Below, piece after piece: positions 48,233-57,040 of a stretch of 64,000 nt of DNA (position 1 is the stretch's first letter; every line of letters starts with the position of its first letter). The translations under genes were made by a program, and so were the position numbers. This DNA is from Candidatus Bathyarchaeia archaeon. GTDB taxonomy: Archaea > Thermoproteota > Bathyarchaeia > 40CM-2-53-6. The stretch lies in NCBI GenBank assembly GCA_049513715.1, contig JBEKVV010000002.1, positions 288,001-352,000 on the forward strand, read 5' to 3'. Under the pieces are notes generated by a model. The model was given only the letters and a program-made list of their open reading frames with translations, was not told where the DNA came from and did no database searches.

Positions 48233-49183
48233 GTGGCGTGGAAGTTGGCGGGACGAAAACTCATCTCGATCATTGGAACCGGGAAACTCGGCAGCGCAGT
48301 TGCCTTGCAGGTCGCGAGTAGGGAGCTGGGTGATCTTAGGCTAGTGGACGTCATCAAGGGTCTACCGGAGGGTGAAGCGCTCGACCTTCGCCAGATGGCA
48401 GCAGAGCAAGGAACTGACATAGAAATTGTGGGCTCAAATGATTACAAAGAAATCTCAGGATCGGACCTAGTTGTTGTGATAGGTGGTTTGGGCAGAAAAC
48501 CTGGCATGACCCGTCTCGATCTGCAAGAGAAGAACGAAGAAATCATTCGCGGAATTGCGGAGAAAATCGTTGAATATGCCCCAAAGACCTTGGTGCTAAT
48601 GGTCACAAATCCGGTTGACATTATGACGTACTTGGCTTGGAAGGTCACTGGATTTGAGCCGTCACGTGTCTTCGGCCAGAGTGGAATGTTGGACACGATG
48701 CGCTTCAAACATTTTATTGCGAAAGCTTTGGACGTGTCGACAAGTTCCGTGCAAGCTGTCGTGATTGGCGAGCACGGCGATTCTATGGTCCCGTTGCCGC
48801 GGTTCTCAACTGTGAGTGGCGTTCCCGTCACGGAACTTCTTTCACCTGACAAGGTGAAGGAAACTATTGATCGAACAAGAAAGATTGCGGCTGAGGTCAT
48901 CGCTTTGAAGGGGGCAACAATCTACGCCCCAGCTCACGGCATAACTCGAATGGTGGAGAGTGTCGTCAAAGACAAGAAGATGGCACTCTGCATGACCGCG
49001 CACCTCAACGGCGAATACGGCCTCAAAGACATCTACGTTGACGTTCCGGCGGTTCTGGGCGCTCGGGGAGTCGAGCGAGTGATCGAACTGAAACTGAACG
49101 CTGAGGAGAAGGATGCTTTCTTGAAATCAGTGGACGTTGTGAAAGCTGCCGTAGGCCACCTAAAGACCGTCAAGGCATCCTAG
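48233..49183 (+). CDS. mdh: Malate dehydrogenase (LDH-like)
   Basis: IIGTG..G, RKPGMTR (Arg specificity residue), VTNPVD, GEHGD. Confidence 0.93.
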   Translation: MAWKLAGRKLISIIGTGKLGSAVALQVASRELGDLRLVDVIKGLPEGEALDLRQMAAEQGTDIEIVGSNDYKEISGSDLVVVIGGLGRKPGMTRLDLQEKNEEIIRGIAEKIVEYAPKTLVLMVTNPVDIMTYLAWKVTGFEPSRVFGQSGMLDTMRFKHFIAKALDVSTSSVQAVVIGEHGDSMVPLPRFSTVSGVPVTELLSPDKVKETIDRTRKIAAEVIALKGATIYAPAHGITRMVESVVKDKKMALCMTAHLNGEYGLKDIYVDVPAVLGARGVERVIELKLNAEEKDAFLKSVDVVKAAVGHLKTVKAS

Positions 49184-49205
49184 TCAGGCAGCAAGGAGCA
49201 GACGG

Positions 49206-49235
49206 TTGTTTACAATTCTCTGAATTTGTAAACAA
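49206..49235. terminator. Hairpin between convergent mdh and larB
   Basis: TTGTTTACAA...TTGTAAACAA 10-bp inverted repeat. Confidence 0.45.
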
Positions 49236-49346
49236 GAACACCTGCCATCTCACCCTATATCGAGTCAAATCGCCCATCCCGTTCACGCCCTCACCAGAGG
49301 GTCGTTACTGTCGCTGGAACTAGTCGCTCAGGCTTCCATTGCGCAG

Positions 49347-50129
49347 TCAACGAGTGGCGGTTTTTCGGGCTCTTGCCACGCGGTTTGCAATTTGAGCTGC
49401 CACCACGCCAGCAGCGATTCCGGAATCAATGTTGACAACGGCGAGGCCAAGGGAGCATGCTTGTAGCATAGCCATCAGTGCCGCTTCTCCATGCCCACCA
49501 TAACCGTATCCCGACGAGGCAGGGACGGCGATTAGGGGGATGTCAACTAGGCCTGCGACAACTGTTGGCAAGGCGCCTTCACGGCCAGCAACAACAATCA
49601 GGCTGTCTACGTCGTTTTCTATCATGTGGCCCAAAGGTTCCGCGAGGCGGTGGAGTCCAGCGACACCAGCGTCCGCTTCCAAGTATGTTTCGCAGCCCAT
49701 CTCCCGTGCAATCATAGAAGCCTCTTCGGCAACCGCAAGGTCCACGGTTCCAGCAGTCAATACTCCAACTCTGCCGCCGGTCATCGGGCGCTTATGGTCG
49801 GCCTTCGCGATGACGATTGATTTGGCATGCGGGGGTTGTTCGATTCTGTGCTTTCCAAAAGCATCCTTTAGTCGTCTGAGCTGTTCGTCGTTCACTCGGC
49901 TGACGATTGCTCTCCCATTCTTCTCCAGCATGCGAGTGCAAATGCTGATGAGGTCGTCTGTGGTTTTTCCCTCAGCCAAGACTATCTCTGGAACCCCGCG
50001 CCTGAGTTCCCTGGCCACATCGAGCCTTGCAACACCTGCAACGGTCTCAATTGCATTGAACTTCAACGCTTTCTCGGCTTCATCCACGCTGATCTTGCCT
50101 TCAGCCAACCTCTGTAGAATTTCTCGCAA
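49347..50129 (-). CDS. larB: Nickel-pincer cofactor biosynthesis protein LarB
   Basis: RRGVPE....GK, AGT.D..VAEEA, D.GVAGLHR, AG.EGALP, VVNID. Confidence 0.9.
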   Translation of the reverse strand: MREILQRLAEGKISVDEAEKALKFNAIETVAGVARLDVARELRRGVPEIVLAEGKTTDDLISICTRMLEKNGRAIVSRVNDEQLRRLKDAFGKHRIEQPPHAKSIVIAKADHKRPMTGGRVGVLTAGTVDLAVAEEASMIAREMGCETYLEADAGVAGLHRLAEPLGHMIENDVDSLIVVAGREGALPTVVAGLVDIPLIAVPASSGYGYGGHGEAALMAMLQACSLGLAVVNIDSGIAAGVVAAQIANRVARARKTATR

Positions 50130-50242
50130 TGATTTTTCGCCGCTTGGAAACGCCTAAGTACCATGACCCTGTGACGTACCATAAAATGTTAACAGCAAGA
50201 ACAAATGGGCGATCAACCGCCCGATGCGCGCCTTTGCCGGAC

Positions 50243-51085
50243 ATGTCGCCTGAACTGCGGGTGAAGGCGGAAAGCGCACTGAAAGTGCTCGGAAGTTATG
50301 GGAAGGCGCTCGTCGCATTCTCAGGAGGAATTGACAGTACTCTCGTCGCTTACCTTGCGAAGCTAGCACTCGGTGACAGCACAATAGCTGTGACGGCAGA
50401 ATCGCCCAGCCTACCTTCATCGGAATTGGAGGAGGCGAAGGAGCTCGCGAAAGAAATTGGAATCAGACACATGGTGATTAGGACTGAGGAACTTGAGGAT
50501 CCTAATTACCTCGCCAACCCTGCGAACAGATGTTACTTCTGTAAGAAGGAGCTTAGTGGGAAGCTGGAGCAGCTGGCTGATGAGCTTGGTTACTTAGTCA
50601 TAGTGGATGGTACGAATGCTGATGATTTGCATGGGCACAGGCCCGGCGCGGCAGCACTCTCGCAGGAAGGGGTGAAGAGGCCTTTGGCGGATGTGGGTAT
50701 GACGAAACCGGAAGTAAGGGAGCTGTCCAGGTTGCTTGGGTTACCTAATTTCGACAAACCCTCGATGCCCTGCCTATCCTCCCGCGTCCAGTATGGCCAA
50801 GTTATTTCGCCTGAGAGGCTCGTGAGAATTGAGAGATCGGAGAACTTCATCAGATCAATAACCGGAGTCAAGGAGCTACGCGTTCGCGACCACGGAAACC
50901 TAGCAAGAATTGAGGTTGGCAAAGGTGAGCGACAGCTTTTCTTCAACGAGGGCGTGTTGGATAAGATAGCTGCTGCGTTGAAGGGATATGGGTTCACATA
51001 TGTTTCTGTAGACATAGTCGGTTACCGGTCAGGCAGCATGAACGAACAGTCGACTTCCACGAAATCGAAAGGTACAGAAAATTAA
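50243..51085 (+). CDS. larE: ATP-dependent sulfur transferase LarE
   Basis: FSGGIDS, RCYFCK, DGTNADD...RPG, CLSSR, RVR.H...ARIE, GYRSGS. Confidence 0.92.
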   Translation: MSPELRVKAESALKVLGSYGKALVAFSGGIDSTLVAYLAKLALGDSTIAVTAESPSLPSSELEEAKELAKEIGIRHMVIRTEELEDPNYLANPANRCYFCKKELSGKLEQLADELGYLVIVDGTNADDLHGHRPGAAALSQEGVKRPLADVGMTKPEVRELSRLLGLPNFDKPSMPCLSSRVQYGQVISPERLVRIERSENFIRSITGVKELRVRDHGNLARIEVGKGERQLFFNEGVLDKIAAALKGYGFTYVSVDIVGYRSGSMNEQSTSTKSKGTEN

Positions 51086-51208
51086 ATTCCTGTTTCGAGT
51101 GCTGTCAAATCAACCCAACATGGGGTTGGTGATCTTCCAGAGCGCGTCGAGAATCGCGTAGCTGCTTCAGAATCCTGCCATGATCTGTCACGACGACAAG
51201 GCTGAGAA

Positions 51209-51595
51209 CTAAGGCCAGACTGTTTTGATTTCTTTCAGTTCTTGGAAATGTGGATCGTCCGTGACACATTTGGCTTGCAACGATTTGCAGGTAGCAGCTA
51301 TCACCCCGTCAGCCATGGGGATCTTGTGACCGTGTCTTAGTTCTGCCGCGGCGACAGCAATTTCAGCGTTTACGTCCAATGTGCGAAATGTGTCAAGGAG
51401 AACTTGCAATCGCATGCGTGCAGTCTCTCGACCCTCCTTCCTTAAGCTTAGAAGGTAGGTTTCATGAATCGTGAGTGTTGATACATAGCGGTCCTTGTTC
51501 TTCGAGACGAAACTCTTCGCTTTCTCGATGAACTCACTGTCTGACGAATAGAAATATTCGGCGAGGAACCGAGTATCAAAAACTAGGTTAGGCAT
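51209..51595 (-). CDS. vapC: PIN-domain toxin (VapC)
   Basis: VFDT, TIHE, ADG.IAAT, TDDPHF. Confidence 0.9.
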   Translation of the reverse strand: MPNLVFDTRFLAEYFYSSDSEFIEKAKSFVSKNKDRYVSTLTIHETYLLSLRKEGRETARMRLQVLLDTFRTLDVNAEIAVAAAELRHGHKIPMADGVIAATCKSLQAKCVTDDPHFQELKEIKTVWP

Positions 51596-51818
51596 CCTCT
51601 TCTCTCATCCTGTCCAGAAGCTCCTTCACCTCTCTGACAGTGGCTTTGCTTGAGCCCGAGCCACCCAAATCAAAGAAAGACAATTTTGGCTTGAAGAGCA
51701 CGCCTTCTCCAGTGTCGATGGCCTCCAGCTTGGATCCTTCGACAATCCGATACTTCTTGCGCAACTCGATCGGAATTGTTGTCTGACCCTTTCTAGTTAC
51801 TACAACCTCTGCCGTCAT
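51588..51818 (-). CDS. AbrB/MazE-type antitoxin (VapB)
   Basis: VTRKGQTTIP.ELRKK..I.EG; overlaps vapC. Confidence 0.9.
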   Translation of the reverse strand: MTAEVVVTRKGQTTIPIELRKKYRIVEGSKLEAIDTGEGVLFKPKLSFFDLGGSGSSKATVREVKELLDRMREEDA

Positions 51819-51830
51819 ACTCCATCGTGG

Positions 51831-51851
51831 TAGTACTCAGTTCGGGTACTA
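51831..51851. promoter_or_regulatory. Candidate autoregulatory operator of the vapBC promoter
   Basis: TAGTAC-N9-GTACTA immediately upstream of the antitoxin start. Confidence 0.45.
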
Positions 51852-51887
51852 TATTTGAATTTCGAAGGACGACGGGCGATGCAACTC

Positions 51888-52232
51888 CTACACTCTCCAC
51901 ACGAAGTTGCTGGAGTCGCTTGTGTGTTCTCGGGTTGAAGGATTTGATGGTCTCAAGAGTGTTCGAGGCGGTTGTACGGAAAGCGGAGTATGTGTCCGCA
52001 AGCTGATGGGTCTTGCGTTCTGTGAGTGGCAGAATGTTCTCTCTTCTTCTATCGGTAGCGGTACCGGTTCGTTATGTTTCTTCAAACTGGCCAGGTAACC
52101 TTGAATCGCGTCCCGGATATTGTTCAAGGCGTCTTTTCTGTTGGCGCCTTGTGAGGTGCATCCTGGGAGGCTGGGACACTGGACGACAAAGTTTCCGTCT
52201 TCATCCTGTTCAATTGTTACCCTGTACCTCAT
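51888..52232 (-). CDS. hicB: HicB-family antitoxin, probably 3'-disrupted, no hicA
   Basis: EDG.FVV.CP.LPGC.SQG....AL.NI.DAI; sequence after PIEEE looks unrelated. Confidence 0.75.
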   Translation of the reverse strand: MRYRVTIEQDEDGNFVVQCPSLPGCTSQGANRKDALNNIRDAIQGYLASLKKHNEPVPLPIEEERTFCHSQNARPISLRTHTPLSVQPPRTLLRPSNPSTREHTSDSSNFVWRV

Positions 52233-52386
52233 ACGGTAATTCCACCCCGTCCTTACTTCTTCCTCGTGTCGATTCTCCTACCCTTATGTTTTTACGTTGT
52301 GCAGGTTTCAAGGGCAACTCCAACTGAGGCGCTTTGGGAATTCCCATCAGCGAGCGCTTCGTAATATGCATGGTAATTTCTCGAGG

Positions 52387-52680
52387 CTAGCCGCCATGGG
52401 CAATGGGTAAGAAGGCCAATTCGTCCTTTTCGTTCAACTCAGTATCAAGCCCTTTCAAGGAGTTTATTTCGCGGCCGGATACCATGATTAGTGCGTTTGG
52501 GCGGGGGTCAGACGTTTCCTTGTCGACCAGTATTTGCTTTAGGCCCTCGAAGCGTGTTTCTGAGAGAAGCTGAGCAATTACGGTCCTGACCGTGGGCACC
52601 TTCTCAGCCACCTTGAGTTCTAGCTCGTTTGCCTTCGCGGCGGTGCGAAAGACACCGTACAGTTTGAGATGAATGTTCAT
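52387..52680 (-). CDS. MoaD/ThiS/SAMP ubiquitin-like protein
   Basis: Beta-grasp pattern, GLDTEL...DEL..LP..HGG C-terminus. Confidence 0.9.
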   Translation of the reverse strand: MNIHLKLYGVFRTAAKANELELKVAEKVPTVRTVIAQLLSETRFEGLKQILVDKETSDPRPNALIMVSGREINSLKGLDTELNEKDELAFLPIAHGG

Positions 52681-52799
52681 CGCGCGGTTGGCCCCGAGGG
52701 TATTGGCGTCGGATGGCAGGATATAGGCTTCACGAAATCGGAGCTGAATCAGATGGCGTCCTTCTTTGGCCGTAATTCATCATTTCTTGTGGGAAGAAC

Positions 52800-53200
52800 T
52801 CTTGATGCCGCTCTGTCCCGCATGGGTAAGGAATTGGCTGGCAAGAAGCCGCTTGTGCTAATCACCAATAGTCTACGAACCTATCATAATGCGTGCATGA
52901 AGGAACTGTGGCAAAAACAGAAGCCAATTCCGCAACACATACAGGACATACGATTCGACAAACAAGTTCACAACAACAAGATGGAAAGCATGAAAGGCGA
53001 AATCCGCGACCGAGAAAAGGTCATGTGAGGCCCAAAAAGGAACTGACACACAAATCTTGAAGGGCTACCAAATCTACCACAACTACGTCGGACCACATGA
53101 AGCCCTAGACAGGGAAACGCTCGCCGATAGGTGCGGAACCAAAGTCAAGGGAAAGAACAAATGATTGATGATAGTCCAGAACACGTCAAAAATCGCGTAG
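52800..53200 (+). mobile_element. Degraded DDE transposase (IS6/IS240-like) C-terminal fragment
   Basis: AGKKP...IT...Y, NNKME...GEIRDREKVM*, then frameshifted ILKGYQIYHNY..PHEAL...KGKNK*. Confidence 0.75.
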
Positions 53201-53320
53201 TTACTTTTTCTTCTCTTTGCCTTTGCCATTCGTTGCCAGTAACTCGAACAATTCGGCGTTATCTGAGACTATCTTTTCCAATAGATCATTAACTGGCTTC
53301 CTCAGTTCGATCTGAGCCAA
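53201..53320 (-). CDS. 39-aa helical protein, candidate Doc antitoxin
   Basis: MAQIELRKPVNDLLEKIVSDNAELFELLATNGKGKEKKK*; GGTGG upstream; below the ORF-track cutoff. Confidence 0.5.
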   Translation of the reverse strand: MAQIELRKPVNDLLEKIVSDNAELFELLATNGKGKEKKK

Positions 53321-53380
53321 TGCTTCCACCAAACGCGAAAACGGCCACAATCACCATATATGCTTTAGGTGCGATTGTGC

Positions 53381-53770
53381 CTATACCAGATGGCGTTCTA
53401 TCCATTTCTGGACTTCCTGAACCTCTTTCTTGGCGATGTTTTTTACGAAAGAATAGGAGATGTCCGCTCGAACTATGTTCACTGTCATCCCATTCTGGAT
53501 GAGGAAGAGGCTAGTTATTGCGTACGCAGTTCTATGGTTGCCTCCATCGAACGCATGAAGAACGGTTAGGTCCTGCATGAATCGAGCAGCTTGGTAAGTT
53601 AAGCCCATATGCTCTGATTCCTGAATGGCATCAATCTTGGCTTGAATTGCACCTATGGAGCGGAGCAACCTATGTCTGTGCTTGTCACTTCGCATGACAA
53701 TTTTGTTCGATGAAATGACATCTTCGGGCGACGGATACCAAACCATGCTACCCACTCGAGATGGAATCAC
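53381..53770 (-). CDS. Fic/Doc family toxin
   Basis: HAFDGGNHRTA...FL..NG variant of the Fic motif. Confidence 0.82.
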   Translation of the reverse strand: MIPSRVGSMVWYPSPEDVISSNKIVMRSDKHRHRLLRSIGAIQAKIDAIQESEHMGLTYQAARFMQDLTVLHAFDGGNHRTAYAITSLFLIQNGMTVNIVRADISYSFVKNIAKKEVQEVQKWIERHLV

Positions 53771-54113
53771 CTAAATGACTAGCGGATATCGTCTCCCGAT
53801 GGGTAACCGTCACAAAAGGTCCCGGCAACTTACCAGAACGCAAAAGGGGTGAAGTAGAACTGCCTCCTTCATGAGGCGCGCCACCTGATATGTCAAACCC
53901 ATATCCTCTACCCTCTTGATCAATGACCATTCGACGGTTTCGTCCATCGCAGGATGTAGGGTTCTCGAAATTGAACCAAAGCCGCTGGTTCCCTCTGTAA
54001 TCAGGCCATTTTTGCGATAAAAACCGTCATTGAGTACGATTGGTGTTTAACATGTAATGTTTACTTAATGTTATGTAATCAGCCCTGCAAAGCCTTGCCG
54101 TCATAGACGGTAG

Positions 54114-56675
54114 ATGTTCCTGATGCGCAAAGCCAGTCTGATAATTCTAGGTTCCATCGTTCTTGTTCTCCTGATAGGCGTGGTGGCGTTGCCTGACCTA
54201 GGTGTTGCGGGGAGTTGGAGGGACATTAATCCAGATGCGTACATCAGCCCTCCAGCTAATCCTCAACTAAACTCCGTTTACATGCTCTCCTCAACCGAAG
54301 GATGGGCCGTCGGAGATTCGCGGCCAAGCGTAAATGCCACAACCGCCCTTCCCGCAATATTCCATTATGATGGTGCTACTTGGAATTTCGTTCCTGCTCC
54401 AAAGTTTCCTGACTTTCCGTCGACTCAGTCACCGTACAATCTGACATCTGTCACTTTCGGGGCGCCAGACAATCCGATCAGCAGGAATGATGGTTGGGCT
54501 GTTGGATACAATACTACGCTCAGCGTGACTTCGCCCGAGACTTGCGGTGGTGGAATATTGCCCCCACTCCCCCACTGTAACTCCGTAGCCCTTCACTGGG
54601 ATGGGGTGACTTGGAAGCCCCAAATTGCAGGATTATCAGGTGTCAGTGCTGGTCCTCTATGGTCAGCCTTTATGGTGAGTTCTTCTGATGTCTGGGCTGT
54701 CGGACAGGATATCGCTGGGACCTCTGGCACAATTTGGCATTGGACAGGGATTCCGGGTCTTGGTGGAGGATGGAACCTTCAGCCGCTAGTCGGAACTCCG
54801 CTATACTCTGTCTTCATGTCGAGTTCTACTGATGGTTGGGCAGTTGGCGCAGGCGGAATAATCTTCCATTATACGGCAGGTGTTTGGGCACCGTTTACCT
54901 CGCCTGTCGCAACGCCTCTGAGATCAGTCTTCATGTTGAGCCCGACAGAAGGCTGGGCAGTTGGTGACGGGGGGGTACTGATCCAGTTTACGACTGGAAT
55001 ATGGACTGGGCCAGTCAGCCCTGGAACGACTGTGAGAAATCTCTTCTCAGTCTTCATGGTCTCTGCCGCTGAGGGTTGGGCTGCAGGCTCTATGGGCACG
55101 ATACTGCATTTCTCCGGAGGGTCGTGGACTGCTCTCTCGCCGAATTTGGTTCCAACCTCACCTGTAACATCTCTTAGCTTCAATTCCCTTTACTTCAATA
55201 GCGCCGCCGACGGATGGAGCGTTGGAACAGACGGCGTCATCCTGCGGTTTGATGGAACAAACTTTGGGACAGTTACGAGTCCCTCAATCAATAACTTCAC
55301 ATCGGTATCCTTTGGTCCACCACTCAGTGGCTCGATTAACCCGAATGATGGCTGGGCCGTAGGAAACTCGTCAGCAACGCCATCATTCGAACCGACAATC
55401 TACCATTGGAACGGGTTCATGTGGACAAAGGGAACTGCGGTGGGGACAATGAACAATCTGAACTCGGTCTTCATGGTGAGTACGAGCGATGCTTGGACCG
55501 TGGGAGGAGGCCCCCATCCAACCGGAACTTGTTCAGCAAACCTCTGTCCCGTGATTATGCACTTCTCTGGAGGTTCCTGGAATACGATCACCCCTCCACC
55601 AGGCTCATACACACTCAGGTCTGTCTTCATGGTAAGCTCGAGTGAGGGTTGGGCTGTTGGTTCCCAAGCCCGCGCGCCAGGATCGCCACCGCCCGGTATC
55701 ATTCTACATTACACGGCGAGTGGTGGTGTTGGATCGTGGGCCATCTTTCCTGCTCCGTCATCTCCTCAACCGATCCCCGCGCTCAATTCCGTATTCATGG
55801 TGAGTCAAAGTGAGGGATGGGCAGTTGGCGACAACGCTACAATTATTCATTATACTGTCACAGGCGGAGTTGGAACTTGGAACGTTGTTGGTGTGAGCGG
55901 AACTCCTACGTTGTCTCAGGATGCAAACTTAACTTCGGTTTTCATGCTAAGTCAGACAAGTGGTTGGGCGGTAGGCGGCATACAGCAACAGGGCTCATTC
56001 TCCGCTGGACCTGTTATGGTCTACTGGGACGGTGCCAAATGGACACAAGTTGCTGTACCAAATGTTCCAGGCGGAATCTCGCCATGGGGTCATACTAGTG
56101 CGACTTTGAAATCTGTTTTCTGCTCGGGCTCGAATGACTGCTGGACAGTCGGTTATCCGGGGAAATTGGTTGCTACAATTATGCACTGGGATGGCGTGGC
56201 TTGGAACCACGTAACCACCACACCAGCCCTTCTCGGTGAAATCCCACCAATCCTAACCTCCATCTACATGATATCTCCAACGAACGGTTGGGTCATGGGA
56301 GCCACTCCTGACTTCAGAAGCCCAATCTACTACGGCGGACCAGGCTTCAAGCAACCGCTCTCAACAATGCTCCAGTTCGTTTCTTCGGGTGGGCAGGCGG
56401 CAACAACGTCAATATCGACAACCATAGTCGTATCTACATTCACATTGTCGACTGGAACAGTGACCACTTCGGTTGTCTCGACCCTCACCTCACTTGGCGG
56501 TGCTCCCACAACAACCACGACAGTGACTGTTGGTGGTTCGCAGTCGAGCAGTGGTGGATCGGTGGGCGGAATTCCGGGCTTCCCGGTAGAGTCGATCATT
56601 GTTGGAGTTATCGTCGGGATATTAGCGTTGGCCATAATTAGGCGGCGAGGTAGGAAGATGCGAGGTGTGATGTGA
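54114..56675 (+). CDS. Surface protein: 14 W-A-V-G-type beta-propeller blades, S/T linker, PGF-CTERM
   Basis: Signal peptide; 14 counted L.SV.M.S..(G)WAVG...I.H repeats; IPGFP-TM-RRR tail. Confidence 0.85.
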   Translation: MFLMRKASLIILGSIVLVLLIGVVALPDLGVAGSWRDINPDAYISPPANPQLNSVYMLSSTEGWAVGDSRPSVNATTALPAIFHYDGATWNFVPAPKFPDFPSTQSPYNLTSVTFGAPDNPISRNDGWAVGYNTTLSVTSPETCGGGILPPLPHCNSVALHWDGVTWKPQIAGLSGVSAGPLWSAFMVSSSDVWAVGQDIAGTSGTIWHWTGIPGLGGGWNLQPLVGTPLYSVFMSSSTDGWAVGAGGIIFHYTAGVWAPFTSPVATPLRSVFMLSPTEGWAVGDGGVLIQFTTGIWTGPVSPGTTVRNLFSVFMVSAAEGWAAGSMGTILHFSGGSWTALSPNLVPTSPVTSLSFNSLYFNSAADGWSVGTDGVILRFDGTNFGTVTSPSINNFTSVSFGPPLSGSINPNDGWAVGNSSATPSFEPTIYHWNGFMWTKGTAVGTMNNLNSVFMVSTSDAWTVGGGPHPTGTCSANLCPVIMHFSGGSWNTITPPPGSYTLRSVFMVSSSEGWAVGSQARAPGSPPPGIILHYTASGGVGSWAIFPAPSSPQPIPALNSVFMVSQSEGWAVGDNATIIHYTVTGGVGTWNVVGVSGTPTLSQDANLTSVFMLSQTSGWAVGGIQQQGSFSAGPVMVYWDGAKWTQVAVPNVPGGISPWGHTSATLKSVFCSGSNDCWTVGYPGKLVATIMHWDGVAWNHVTTTPALLGEIPPILTSIYMISPTNGWVMGATPDFRSPIYYGGPGFKQPLSTMLQFVSSGGQAATTSISTTIVVSTFTLSTGTVTTSVVSTLTSLGGAPTTTTTVTVGGSQSSSGGSVGGIPGFPVESIIVGVIVGILALAIIRRRGRKMRGVM

Positions 56676-56701
56676 CCGTGCCAGGCCGTAGACTCGAAAG
56701 G

Positions 56702-56848
56702 ATGGCGAACATAACTGCCACTCTTCCCGTCCAATTTCTTGACATGATCGACAAGCTAGTAGACGAAGACAAGGTGCCCTCCCGTTCGTATCTGATTCGT
56801 GAAGCGGTAGGCAACTTCCTAAAGGAAATGGAGAGGACATCAGGTTGA
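56702..56848 (+). CDS. Ribbon-helix-helix (CopG/NikR-like) regulator, 48 aa
   Basis: MANITATLP..FLDMIDKLV....PSRS.LIREAV..FL; not in the ORF track. Confidence 0.85.
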   Translation: MANITATLPVQFLDMIDKLVDEDKVPSRSYLIREAVGNFLKEMERTSG

Positions 56849-57040
56849 GGTGGAAAGTGTTGATATGTGGCACTAGGCAACACTTAAATAAGCACCAGAA
56901 TACACCACTTGTTAGTGTTCGTAAATTGGCACTGATTCAAGCGAACGGCCTTAACACAAACCAGCTTGCTGCTTCCAAATGCACCGAACAATACATTATT
57001 TACCGCACTGGGATTAATCTGCAGCTAGGAGCTGAGCACG

